From the NCBI GenBank assembly GCA_038888155.1, contig JAWAJB010000003.1:64001-128000 (forward strand): DNA of 64,000 nucleotides, in the 5' to 3' direction. The translations under genes and the position numbers were made by a program. This DNA is from Desulfurococcaceae archaeon. Lineage in GTDB: Archaea > Thermoproteota > Thermoprotei_A > Sulfolobales > Desulfurococcaceae. Under the pieces are notes generated by a model. The model saw only the letters and a list, made by a program, of their open reading frames with translations, had not been told where the DNA came from and did not search any database. Positions within the stretch are counted from its first letter, which is position 1. Every line of letters begins with the position of its first letter. Shown in pieces: positions 18,220 through 27,840 of this stretch.

Positions 18220-18296
18220 GGAGAGGCCGGGAGCGACCCGTCCCCTACTCACTCTCCTCCGGTACTCGGAGGCGTTATAGGGGCCCAGGGCTCTCC
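18220..18296. ncRNA. uncharacterised GC-rich structured element, probably a minus-strand ncRNA
   Basis: Nested stems GGAGAG/CTCTCC, CCCCTA/TAGGGG, CCTCCG/CGGAGG within AT-rich flanks; CTATAAAA ~25 nt upstream on the minus strand. Confidence 0.55.
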
Positions 18297-18341
18297 TTAA
18301 ATTATTGTAAAAACGATTTTATAGCTTTATCGATATCTTAT

Positions 18342-19376
18342 TTACTTAACATCGAGCTCGTTAGTTTTAGCTACTTTAATGTTTAAGACAGCTTCAGCTA
18401 TGCCATTAGAATACCTAGCAATTCTCTTTATGCTATCTAGTATTAGCGTAATAGTTATCTTCTCCTTGACATCAATGGGAGCTTCGATAACTCTAGTGTA
18501 GAGAGTGTCCTCAATTTCGCTCACTATTTTCCTACTCTCCGAGATTACTCCTTCAGCTTCCCTCCTGCTGTATGAGTAAAAAGCGCTCATAGCGTTATTA
18601 AAGAGCTCAGTATCCTTTACTAAGAAGTCGTACACGTAATCTACGTTCCTCAGGCCCTCTACTGCTAGGACGCGCTTCGCTACGTTCACGGCGTGATCAG
18701 CAACTCTCTCTAGGTTTCGAGCCACGATCCTGTAGCTCAGAGTCTCTGTTATGTTTGTTATGCCTAGCTCGTGCTGCACTTTTATGCTCAGGAGAGATGA
18801 AGAGAGCTCCCTCGCTATCATGTGGTGAAATCTATCTGCTTCGTCATCTCTTTGTATAACTATGTGAGCTATATCGAGATCACCAGATTTAAGCAGGTTA
18901 GCGCAGTCTTGTAGCATGCTGTTCACAATTAAGTGAAGCCTCCTTATGGCGTTAATTAAAGGCAGCTCGTGTAGGTCCAGCAGTACCTTGAAGGTAACGC
19001 TGTTGTAAGTTTCCTCTATTACCTCTATTCCTGGAAGCTTTATCCTAGATAAGCTCTTGATTTCGCTGACTAGCTTCGCCAGATCGGGAATGCTCTTATC
19101 GAAAGCGATATTGATTATGTTGTATCCACTTATGTATGCCCCTAGGATTACCCTGAACACCTGCGAAGAGTCGACTCCCGGGTAGACTCTGATGTTCATT
19201 TTTAGCTGAGAAGACTCAATCGTAGGCGGCGTTATGATCAATTTATCGCCTACTTTCTCAACGATTACGTAGTCCCCGCTCTTTAGCCGAGTTGCTTCAA
19301 TCCACTCCTTTGGTAGTGTAATTATAAATGAAGACGATCCGGTCTTTTGAACTCTCCTCCTCTCTATTCCAATCAA
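18342..19376 (-). CDS. PhoU-family regulator with N-terminal AbrB domain
   Basis: RRVQKTGSSSFIITLPKEW, AYISGY, RDDEADR, RNLERVADHA. Confidence 0.93.
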   Translation of the reverse strand: MIGIERRRVQKTGSSSFIITLPKEWIEATRLKSGDYVIVEKVGDKLIITPPTIESSQLKMNIRVYPGVDSSQVFRVILGAYISGYNIINIAFDKSIPDLAKLVSEIKSLSRIKLPGIEVIEETYNSVTFKVLLDLHELPLINAIRRLHLIVNSMLQDCANLLKSGDLDIAHIVIQRDDEADRFHHMIARELSSSLLSIKVQHELGITNITETLSYRIVARNLERVADHAVNVAKRVLAVEGLRNVDYVYDFLVKDTELFNNAMSAFYSYSRREAEGVISESRKIVSEIEDTLYTRVIEAPIDVKEKITITLILDSIKRIARYSNGIAEAVLNIKVAKTNELDVK

Positions 19377-19699
19377 ATTCTAATCACCCACTTCCATTAG
19401 TTGTTGCGTTTTTACTCAGCCGTATTTGTAATGGTAACTAAGCAATCTTATAAATATGTCAATTTACGTAATTATAGAAAGATTTCACATTTACGCAGAT
19501 ATACAAATATATGCACTAGCGAGAACATAATTACGGCTAAGGCAGTCCCCGGTGTTAAAAATTAAGCTAAGCTATATCGATTGGACTTAATATAACTCCT
19601 AAATATTCACAAAAAGTAATTAAAGGTGGGTTTAAAGTTTTGTAAAAACAAGTACTTTAGAGTTCAAGTAGCTTAAGCCGTCGCCAATCCCCTGTTAGA

Positions 19700-21475
19700 T
19701 CAATACAAATACATAGAGGTATATTCAATAAGTTCATCGATCATATCGCAGAGCTCGTTTATATTCCTAGTGTACTCTGTTAAAATCATTACGTGCTCTG
19801 GGCTCGATTTTTCTACCTTGAGGAGATCTCTTAGAACCTGTAGCTTAGGTACAGGGAAGTTGAGGTATGAAAGTCCGTAGGGATCCTGCCTGTACCTTAC
19901 ATCGTACACGTAGAGCATAGGGACAAGGGTTCTCGAGTACTTTATTAACAGCGCATTCAGCTTCTCTACCAGTTTAGAGTCAAGTCTGATAGCAGCAGAC
20001 GAGGTAAGATCGTTTAGAATAGAGGAGTAGTTGGATAGCTTCTCAACGCTGCTCATGCACTTTTTAAATCTCCCTAGGATGATCCCCGCCTCACTCATTC
20101 GCGTCTCAGCCTCCCTGAAAGCTTCGCGGACAACATTAGTTGATTTCGAGAAGTCGTAAGGTAGAATTGGGGCAGTTGTCAGCTCGTGCACTGCTGATAC
20201 GTGCACTTTAATGCTTCTCTCTAGGGCAACTTCATCTACTTTATCAAGGGTATCCTCGTCGCTGTGGTACCACCACCCAAGGTAAACTGGCGTATACCTG
20301 CCAACTTCTCTAATGATTACGTCTCTGGGGAACATCGTGTTTACTGATGCCGACGGCACGCCCACGCCTAAAACGGATTGATCTCCCACTTTCATGACCC
20401 TCAGCACTTCTTCGGGCTCCGATTTATCAGCGCTCCTAATAATTTTCACCCAGAACGGCTGTAGCTCTTCGCTACTCCTCACCATGAATTTGTCTGTTCC
20501 CTTCATTCCCGGAGAGTCAACGTTGATCCAGGCAACGCAACCCTCGCGTAGTTCATCCCAGAAGTTGTCTACATACCATGAGGACCCAGACATTATGCCT
20601 GTTTCGTGGCCAGACCACCACGCAACTCTCAACCCGCGCTTCATGCTCCCCTTTAATTCGTTAAAAACGCGGGCCAATTCAAGCAAGAGGGCATTTCCTG
20701 TCGCGTTATCGGTTGCTCCAGGGCCCCAGCAGTCGTAGTGCCCATGAACTACGACAAACTTTTTGTCAACGGCCCCGTCAATGTAGGCAACGATGTCGTG
20801 TATTGGCATATACCCGCTCCACGCTACAGTCTTTAGCCTGACTTTTAGGCTCCCGTGTGCGTCTAGGACCTCCTTTAAGTACTTTCCATCGGCTTTTGTC
20901 ACAGCTAAAGCCGGTATCCTAGTAATCCTGTTGACTTGATCTCTAGTTGGAAGCCCCCATATAGATTTAACAGTTCCATAGGGCAAGATCCTCCTTTCCT
21001 CTAGTCCCCAGTTAATTTGTATTTGAGCAATAGCTCCTCTCTCCTGCGCGATTCTAACTTTCTCTGGCCTCGGAGGCGCATAAGATAGCTCGGCAAGCGT
21101 TATTTTCCCAGATACGCTTTTACCAAGGTAATCTTCAAGCCCCCCTGCGCCTACGTAAACTACCTCTCCCTCTATTCCCTCTTCAGGGGTTTGAGCAGAG
21201 TGGGCGTAAGTTCTACACGGCACTTTGAGCTGAACTGGATGGATGACCTCGAGTTCACAAGTAGAAGGTCTACTAACGTACCCGGGGTGCTCATAAACCT
21301 CGTACTTAACTCCATAGGAGTCAAGGGTTTTCCTAATATAATCCACGAAAATGCTTTCTTCGGCAGAACCAGCAAGCTTTTGTCCGATGTTAGTAATATT
21401 TACTACGTGCTTCATTACTTCGCTTAGTGAGATCTCTTTAAGGGGATCTATGGGAAAGCCCATAAAGTGCCCCAT
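19700..21475 (-). CDS. M28 family peptidase with PA domain
   Basis: VVHGHYDCW, GATDNATG, WSGHETG, NVDSPG, YHSDEDT. Confidence 0.9.
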   Translation of the reverse strand: MGHFMGFPIDPLKEISLSEVMKHVVNITNIGQKLAGSAEESIFVDYIRKTLDSYGVKYEVYEHPGYVSRPSTCELEVIHPVQLKVPCRTYAHSAQTPEEGIEGEVVYVGAGGLEDYLGKSVSGKITLAELSYAPPRPEKVRIAQERGAIAQIQINWGLEERRILPYGTVKSIWGLPTRDQVNRITRIPALAVTKADGKYLKEVLDAHGSLKVRLKTVAWSGYMPIHDIVAYIDGAVDKKFVVVHGHYDCWGPGATDNATGNALLLELARVFNELKGSMKRGLRVAWWSGHETGIMSGSSWYVDNFWDELREGCVAWINVDSPGMKGTDKFMVRSSEELQPFWVKIIRSADKSEPEEVLRVMKVGDQSVLGVGVPSASVNTMFPRDVIIREVGRYTPVYLGWWYHSDEDTLDKVDEVALERSIKVHVSAVHELTTAPILPYDFSKSTNVVREAFREAETRMSEAGIILGRFKKCMSSVEKLSNYSSILNDLTSSAAIRLDSKLVEKLNALLIKYSRTLVPMLYVYDVRYRQDPYGLSYLNFPVPKLQVLRDLLKVEKSSPEHVMILTEYTRNINELCDMIDELIEYTSMYLY

Positions 21476-21609
21476 ATTTTATATAACTATGTACTTAATT
21501 TACTTATATATTAGCCTTGGCACAAATCTGTGTCCCCAAAGCTGTAGAGTGCTCCAGTAATTGTTGGGGGACGGGCACTTAGTTAGATGTAGTATTAAGC
21601 AAAGCTTAG

Positions 21610-21715
21610 TGGGCCCGCGGGGATTTGAACCCCGGACCTCCGCCTTTCCTAGGCCTACCAGTACACAGCTATAGCTTGTAAGGGCGGCATCCTAGCCAGG
21701 CTAGACGACGGGCCC
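21610..21715 (-). tRNA. tRNA-Val(TAC) with 31-nt intron at 37/38
   Basis: CCGCC-CTTACA|A-GGCGG arm, BHB helix CTTA/TAGG, full cloverleaf. Confidence 0.92.
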
Positions 21716-21812
21716 TCGCTACCTCTTTCCTACTTTAATTAAAAGGAATGAAGCAGGTTTTAAAAACGTTACTCCCCAATCTTAGGACCCTACATGTAGC
21801 AGTATATTTGTA

Positions 21813-22457
21813 TCAAGTTGCTCCACTTCTATCAACGCACCTGAGAGAGTTCTTTGTATTTAGGATGAGGACGCGAGTATCCTCTAATAGCCTAGCAGCT
21901 ACATCGACTTTGTGCCTAACTCCAGGTATTAGAGACTCTGGGTAATCTAGGGCTTTCAAGTTGTTGAAAATTGCCTCCATGATGCTTAAGTAAGTCTCAG
22001 CTTCTGCGACTTTTATTTCGTTTAGTAGCTTGACTACAAATCTTCTAAGCTCCCCCACAACATCGCCTAGTCCCTGTAAGTAGGGTACGAGGGGAACGCT
22101 TATCTCGCGGCGCGAAGGCATTCTCCCCTCAACAACGATGGAGTAAACTACGTATGCCTCTACGTACTCGCTAAGTCCATTAAAAATCAGCCCCGAGTAC
22201 TTCAAATCGGGGTGGGGGTCAACCAACTCTAAGAGGGACGAGACAAGCTCCTTAACTTTAGCTAGGAGCGCCTGGGCCTCTTTGTATTTACCGTAGTGGA
22301 CGCTATTAACCACGCTACCCGAAATCCTCGTTATTTCGCGAATGACCTTAATAGCGCTCTCTCTCGTCGAGTCCTTCTCCTTTAAAACGCCGTTTATTTC
22401 TTCGATGTCGCATGCAATTGCGTTTGTTATCGAGGCTACTAATTCCTCCACAAGCAC
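21813..22457 (-). CDS. translin/C3PO family protein
   Basis: RESAIK, SEYVEA, YLQGLGDVVGELRR, RHKVDVAA. Confidence 0.9.
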   Translation of the reverse strand: MLVEELVASITNAIACDIEEINGVLKEKDSTRESAIKVIREITRISGSVVNSVHYGKYKEAQALLAKVKELVSSLLELVDPHPDLKYSGLIFNGLSEYVEAYVVYSIVVEGRMPSRREISVPLVPYLQGLGDVVGELRRFVVKLLNEIKVAEAETYLSIMEAIFNNLKALDYPESLIPGVRHKVDVAARLLEDTRVLILNTKNSLRCVDRSGAT

Positions 22458-22545
22458 ACCACTTTGTAAATTAGGGCTTTAGCTATAATACCTTCTTCAG
22501 TAAAATTTTTTAGGTATTTACAGGAAACTAGATTTTAGTGTTGCG

Positions 22546-22629
22546 CCCGCCGTAGCTCAGCGGCAGAGCGCCCGGCTGTAGTGAGGAGTAGACACCGGGG
22601 GGTCGGGGGTTCAAGTCCCCCCGGCGGGA
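22546..22629 (+). tRNA. tRNA-Tyr(GTA) with 12-nt intron (TGAGGAGTAGAC)
   Basis: C1-G72/A73 archaeal Tyr identity; CCCGG-CTGTAG|A-CCGGG. Confidence 0.92.
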
Positions 22630-22670
22630 CTCGCTTCTCGATTTGCCTTAGCTTTAATTCACTCTGAGGA

Positions 22671-22725
22671 AGTCAGCTCGGCTCTTCTACATCACTCTAT
22701 CAGGTACGCTTTTGCCTCCTCATCC
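22671..22725 (-). ncRNA. C/D box sRNA overlapping the glycosyltransferase stop codon
   Basis: ATGAGGA-ggcaaaagcgtac-CTGA-taga-GTGATGT-agaagagccgag-CTGA. Confidence 0.8.
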
Positions 22726-23835
22726 TGCGTTGCCATTTATTATCGGTTCAACTACCTGATATATTTTTCTCCTGAACTCCCTTCGATCTAACTGGAGGGC
22801 CCTCCTGTATGCTCTCCAGCTTACTTGATTCCACAGACTAGGGTTAGACGCTAGCTCCCTAACTATACAAGAAACTTCGCTGATTATGCTGTAGGGCCTA
22901 GCTACGTGAATATCCTGGCGGGCTATGTCAATCCATCCACCGGAGTTTACAGGCACTATAACTGGAGTAGCAGCGGCCATTGCCTCAACAATGCTGATTC
23001 CAAAGTGCTCTCTTGGCGTTATGTGAACGTAAACAAGGGCCTTTCTATACAACTCAACAAGCTTCTCTCTCGTTATGTTAATGTGCAGGTCAACGAAATC
23101 GTCTACTCCCTCCTTAGCGGCTAAATCCATGAGGGACTCATACAGGAGCTTGTTGTAGTTGGACAGCACGCCCACCAGGTTTACCCTAGAAATTTTCTGC
23201 TTTTTGAGGCTTTTGGCTAGTTGAACTACTAGCTCGGGGTGTTTTTCAGGGCTTATCCTGGCGACCGTCAACACGTAGTTCTCCCTGCTACTTAAAGGCA
23301 ACGGCTCCTTGTGGATAATGTCGTCTAAGTTAACTGGTGGGTTTATTATAATCGGGTCTACTCTGAAATAGCGCTTGAAAAAGCTAGCCGTAAACCACGA
23401 GTTAGCTAAGTACACTTTAACCTTGCGCGATAACAACGGGAATAGAACGGTGTTCGTGATAGAGTAAGTTTTACCGAAGAGGTCAAATATGCCGTACAAA
23501 GGAGAGTAGTAAACTCTGTAGTCTAAGAAAGAAGGGTAGTGGAGGTAGACAACATCCCCTGCCCCAGAGAGAACATCGCCGCTAGTGTTGATAACTAGCT
23601 TCGAGTTGTTGTACGTCCCTCCTATGCCTATACCCATGAGATCCTTCCTGTTAACTCCAAAGAAATTAGCCAGCTCAAATAAATCACAACGAGATGATAT
23701 AAGTGGGCTGTCTATGTACGTCTCAAAGCCCCTCTCAGCAAAAGCTATAGCTGTCTCTAGCATCACGTAGTGAGAGCCGCCTAATCCCATTAGCTTGGCG
23801 TTCAACATGTGGTGTTTAACAACTACGCTTTTCAC
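22720..23835 (-). CDS. GT4 family glycosyltransferase (Alg11-like)
   Basis: LANSWFTA, INPPV, ARISPEK, EHFGISIVEAMAA. Confidence 0.92.
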   Translation of the reverse strand: MKSVVVKHHMLNAKLMGLGGSHYVMLETAIAFAERGFETYIDSPLISSRCDLFELANFFGVNRKDLMGIGIGGTYNNSKLVINTSGDVLSGAGDVVYLHYPSFLDYRVYYSPLYGIFDLFGKTYSITNTVLFPLLSRKVKVYLANSWFTASFFKRYFRVDPIIINPPVNLDDIIHKEPLPLSSRENYVLTVARISPEKHPELVVQLAKSLKKQKISRVNLVGVLSNYNKLLYESLMDLAAKEGVDDFVDLHINITREKLVELYRKALVYVHITPREHFGISIVEAMAAATPVIVPVNSGGWIDIARQDIHVARPYSIISEVSCIVRELASNPSLWNQVSWRAYRRALQLDRREFRRKIYQVVEPIINGNAG

Positions 23836-23846
23836 GTCACTTCACC

Positions 23847-24929
23847 TTAAGGTAGGGAAAGCGCGCAGTAGCCCTTACTGAGCAAATGGCTTCTCAGCCC
23901 CTCTGTATTATCTGCACGAGAGGAATCTATTATAACTAACTCTGGGTTAGCCAACTTAACGTATTCAACTAAGTCGGCGAAATCCGCGTGATCACTCAAA
24001 GATATTACATATGTGTAGTCATCTATCTTCTTGAATGGCTCATTAGTGAACCTGCCCGTTAGAACAATATAAAGCGCGTTATTATCTAGCCTCCTGAAGC
24101 GAGCAGTGTTGAAGTGCTTAAAGAACACTAATCTGTCTGATTTCACAGGTGATCTCTCCTTAAAGTACTCTCCGTACTTGTAGCCATACTTGCACTCGAG
24201 GAGCTTTGTTGCACGATAGACTTTATCGGGTAACACAAAGGGGACTCCTATGTCGTTCTCTCTAAGAATACTCATAGCCTCCTGTATCTTCCCGTGGTAA
24301 GCGTAAATATAAACTCTCTTATACTTGGAGAGACCCTCTGAGACAAGGTCCGCCAGTATTTGAGGTACAGTGCTCTTGTAGTTGCGCACGAACGTTGGAT
24401 CACTGTATGTAGCCTCAATAACTAATACATTTGGGTTCTCCAAGATCTCTGTTTTATCGGTTAGCTTAAAGTCACCAGTGTAGCCTAAGGAGATCCCCCT
24501 ATCCTTCAACTTAACTAAGACCTGCGAAGCGCCGGGTATGTGGTCAACTTTAAGCAGGGTGCAGGTCTCTTCATTGGCGACGAAAGCTTCGTGGTAGTTC
24601 AGCGCTTGGCCCTTGAGCCTTAAAAGGGGCGCGAGCTCCTGCTTAACATAGCCCAACGCCTCCACGAGATCTAGCGTAATAGACGATGCAATGACTCGGC
24701 TAGAGTGCTTTATGCTTTCCTCTAGCCCGCATAAGTGGTCAGAATGCGCGTGCGTAATTACTCTTATAGGTCTATTAGAGAACCCATCCACAGTGAAATA
24801 TCTCCCGAGCAGGATTGCCCCATTTCTGAGGATATTCACGTATTTCAAGTACTCTTCGTATTTGTACTCACAAAGCGAAAGACTCAATGCAGACACCACT
24901 AAGGCATCTCGCTGTGTATGAACCTCCAC
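23847..24929 (-). CDS. MBL-fold (beta-CASP-like) nuclease
   Basis: THAHSDH, DHIPGA, YTGDF, IEATY, SDHADF; start probably downstream of 24929. Confidence 0.88.
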   Translation of the reverse strand: MEVHTQRDALVVSALSLSLCEYKYEEYLKYVNILRNGAILLGRYFTVDGFSNRPIRVITHAHSDHLCGLEESIKHSSRVIASSITLDLVEALGYVKQELAPLLRLKGQALNYHEAFVANEETCTLLKVDHIPGASQVLVKLKDRGISLGYTGDFKLTDKTEILENPNVLVIEATYSDPTFVRNYKSTVPQILADLVSEGLSKYKRVYIYAYHGKIQEAMSILRENDIGVPFVLPDKVYRATKLLECKYGYKYGEYFKERSPVKSDRLVFFKHFNTARFRRLDNNALYIVLTGRFTNEPFKKIDDYTYVISLSDHADFADLVEYVKLANPELVIIDSSRADNTEGLRSHLLSKGYCALSLP

Positions 24930-25597
24930 TTCTTTGTCTTGGGGTCAAATATGATGAAGTTATCATTGTACAGCGCCTTCCAGAGCGCATACCCCCTCTG
25001 GCCAAGCACTTGAGTTATTTCTTCCTCTTTGTTTGAGGACACTTCACTTGTTAATTTATCCTTGAACTCCTCCCAAAACTCTTGGTCTACAGCTATTCTC
25101 TCCCTGCTTAACTTTAAAACAACAGCGCCTGTCCTCTCGAAGTAAGAGAACAGTCGATCCCGTTGAATCGTCGCTGGTAGCTTGCTCTCGAAAAGCACTT
25201 TCTCGTCCTTTAGCCTCTCAATTGCGGACTTGCCCGAAGGCCTTTGTTGAGGCCTATCTGTAGCCCTCCCTTTAGTAGAGCTCTCAATGGCCTCTAGCCT
25301 ATGCTTAATAGAGTCTAATTCATCGTATAACTCTGAGATCTGCCTCCTCAGCGTCTCTACCCCTGCAAGCCGTTTGTTCAGCTCATCCTGTATGTATCGC
25401 TCGAGCTTTACCCTCATCTTTTCCGTGGAATCTTCTCCCTTTATTTCACGATCTCGCTTTGCGTAGTTTGCTATTATTGAGAGGACAAGCTCGTGCACGC
25501 TTCCCCACCCCTCCCTCCTCGCCAGCTCTTCGAGTGTGCTGTGTAATTCCTCGGGCAATTCAATTTTGATCTCTTTTATTTTTCTCTTAGCGTCCAT
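24899..25597 (-). CDS. ribbon-helix-helix (CopG-like) protein with coiled coil
   Basis: IKIELPEELHSTLEELARREGWGSVHELV RHH, then a heptad-rich region. Confidence 0.75.
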   Translation of the reverse strand: MDAKRKIKEIKIELPEELHSTLEELARREGWGSVHELVLSIIANYAKRDREIKGEDSTEKMRVKLERYIQDELNKRLAGVETLRRQISELYDELDSIKHRLEAIESSTKGRATDRPQQRPSGKSAIERLKDEKVLFESKLPATIQRDRLFSYFERTGAVVLKLSRERIAVDQEFWEEFKDKLTSEVSSNKEEEITQVLGQRGYALWKALYNDNFIIFDPKTKKWRFIHSEMP

Positions 25598-25690
25598 GCG
25601 CTCACTTCTCTACCTCTCACTTAAGCAACGTCCCTAAAAAGTAAAAACAGAGCCCAACAGTAAATAATTTAACTGTATACCATAGTTTAG

Positions 25691-26548
25691 GTGCCCAAAT
25701 TGCTCTACAGCGATGCGCATCTCCACGTAAATCCAACTAAAGGGCTAGGAGCAGCTAGAATAGCTAGGAAATTTACGGGCGAGGGCGGCTGGTTCATTGC
25801 AATTGTGGGCCTCCCGCCTCGCTATTACGGCTTCGCGGATCCCAGCGTAGAGTCCTACAGAAGGGTGCTCGACTTAGTCAACAACGAGTACCTAAAGGCC
25901 AAAGAAGAGGGTATCGAGGCAGCTAGGTTTATTGGCATACATCCAGCTGAAGTAGACGAGTACCTCAGAGAGGGGCTGAAGTTAAACAGCTTGGTGCGGT
26001 TAACTGAGGAAGTGCTAAAGCTTCTAGAAGAAGCTGTCAAGAACCAAAGAGTAGAAGGTATAGGCGAAGTAGGGAGGCAACACTACAGCACAAGTCCCGA
26101 GAGACTTGTGCTCTCCGAGATTATAATGGTGCGAGCGCTCCTCATTGCCCGCGACTACAGAGTACCGGTTCAGCTCCACCTAGAGCAGGGGGGATTCCCA
26201 ACAGCTTACTCAGTTAAATTGCTCTCGGAGATAGCCGGTGTGGACGCGTCTAGAGTCTTAATACACCACGCTAACTTGGAGACCGCTAAGTGGGCAGAAC
26301 AGCTCTCAATGCCGTTCACAGCTCCCATTAGGCACTTTAACGAAGAATACGCCCTGAACGCTTGGAAGCACGGCATGTTCGAGTCAGACTTCATAGATGA
26401 CCTGTCCAGGCCGGGGTCTTCTGCCTACCCTTGGGATATACCAAGGGTTGTAAAAGACTACTTAACTAGAGGGCTTATAAGTGAAGAGCAAGCTTATAAG
26501 ATGCTCGTTGACAACGTAGTTAAGTACTTCAACGTTAAACCGCCCTAG
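25691..26548 (+). CDS. TatD family hydrolase
   Basis: DAHLH, GIHPAE, GIGEVGRQHY, VQLHLE, ESDFIDD. Confidence 0.92.
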   Translation: MPKLLYSDAHLHVNPTKGLGAARIARKFTGEGGWFIAIVGLPPRYYGFADPSVESYRRVLDLVNNEYLKAKEEGIEAARFIGIHPAEVDEYLREGLKLNSLVRLTEEVLKLLEEAVKNQRVEGIGEVGRQHYSTSPERLVLSEIIMVRALLIARDYRVPVQLHLEQGGFPTAYSVKLLSEIAGVDASRVLIHHANLETAKWAEQLSMPFTAPIRHFNEEYALNAWKHGMFESDFIDDLSRPGSSAYPWDIPRVVKDYLTRGLISEEQAYKMLVDNVVKYFNVKPP

Positions 26549-26815
26549 GTGTCAAAAACGGAGTGCGAGATATGCAACAAGAAGGCAGCTACCCATAAGT
26601 GTAGCATCTGCGGGAGAAGGGCGTGCGATGATGACTTTAATCATCTCAAGGGGCACTGCCTCGTGTGCGAGAATGCGCTCTGCAAGCTGTGCGGCAATCA
26701 CTTGTCAATAGGCACTTGTAAGCACTGCGGAAGGCACGCCTGCGAGAGATGCCTCGTGCAAGTGTCTTTAATTGAATACGTGTGCATAGAGTGCTACAGG
26801 AGAGGTCTAAGATAA
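26549..26815 (+). CDS. Cys-rich multi-Zn-finger protein
   Basis: Repeated CxxC motifs; adjacent to TatD. Confidence 0.8.
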   Translation: MSKTECEICNKKAATHKCSICGRRACDDDFNHLKGHCLVCENALCKLCGNHLSIGTCKHCGRHACERCLVQVSLIEYVCIECYRRGLR

Positions 26816-26828
26816 GTTGGTGTAAACT

Positions 26829-27812
26829 ATGAGAACTGGCAAGCTGGACTGGAAATTCATGTCTGAGATAATTTCGTACCTCCCCCTAGATGACGTAGAC
26901 GTTGTACTCGGTCCATCTCAGGGCGAGGACGCAGCCGTAGTGAGGATCCGCGATGGATTTCTGGTCGCGCACTCGGATCCAATAACAACTGGAGTGAAGC
27001 GCTCAGGTTACCTAGCGGTGCACGTAGCTAGCAACGATATAGCCGTAAGGGGCGTTAAGCCAAAGTGGTTTCTGCCGGTAATTTTGCTGCCGAGCGGTTT
27101 CAGCGAGAGCGCTGTAAAGGAGCTCTTCCGGGACATGGCCTTAGCCATGAGGGAAGTAGAAGGAGTTGCTATCGGGGGACACACTGAGGTTACCCCAGGC
27201 ATAACTAGGCCGATAATTAACATGACTGTCTTAGGCTTTACGCGCACTAGGGTGATCCTGACTCGCGACGCCAAAGTGGGGGATTACGTGTATGTTGTCG
27301 GCAGGGTAGGCGGCGAAGGCGCTGGAATAATTGCGTGGGATTTAGAGGAAACCTTGCTCCAGAAAAAAGTTGATAGAGAGATGATAGAGAAAGCTAAGCA
27401 GTACATATACGAAATAGGTGTAACTAGCGTAGCGCTTAGAATCAAGGACTACGTTAACTCTATGCACGACGCAACTGAAGGGGGCGTGCTGCAGGCTATC
27501 CGCGAACTAGCTGTTGCCAGTCGGGGTTGCATTAAAGTGCACCGCGACAGGATCAGATTAGAGAGTACTGTGGAGGCCATAACAAGAGCTGTCGGCGTAA
27601 ATCCATTGAAGTTGTTAAGCAGTGGATGCCTAGTAGCTACAGTACCTCCTGCCGCTAAAAAAGACTTTGAATGCGCGTTAGAGGATCTAAAGAGGCCGTA
27701 CACACTAGTTGGAGAGGTAATGGAGGGATCCGGTGAGCTCATTTTGTTGGACGGCACAGGGCACGAGATAATAAGGGATGATATAGTTGATGAAATATAT
27801 AAGTTGTGGTAG
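26829..27812 (+). CDS. AIR synthase-related (HypE/PurM-like) protein
   Basis: GEDAAV, SDPIT, NDIA, GGHTEVT, MHDATEGG, LLSSG. Confidence 0.92.
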   Translation: MRTGKLDWKFMSEIISYLPLDDVDVVLGPSQGEDAAVVRIRDGFLVAHSDPITTGVKRSGYLAVHVASNDIAVRGVKPKWFLPVILLPSGFSESAVKELFRDMALAMREVEGVAIGGHTEVTPGITRPIINMTVLGFTRTRVILTRDAKVGDYVYVVGRVGGEGAGIIAWDLEETLLQKKVDREMIEKAKQYIYEIGVTSVALRIKDYVNSMHDATEGGVLQAIRELAVASRGCIKVHRDRIRLESTVEAITRAVGVNPLKLLSSGCLVATVPPAAKKDFECALEDLKRPYTLVGEVMEGSGELILLDGTGHEIIRDDIVDEIYKLW

Positions 27813-27840
27813 AGATTGAAGAACATCTCGGTGAGCGAAT

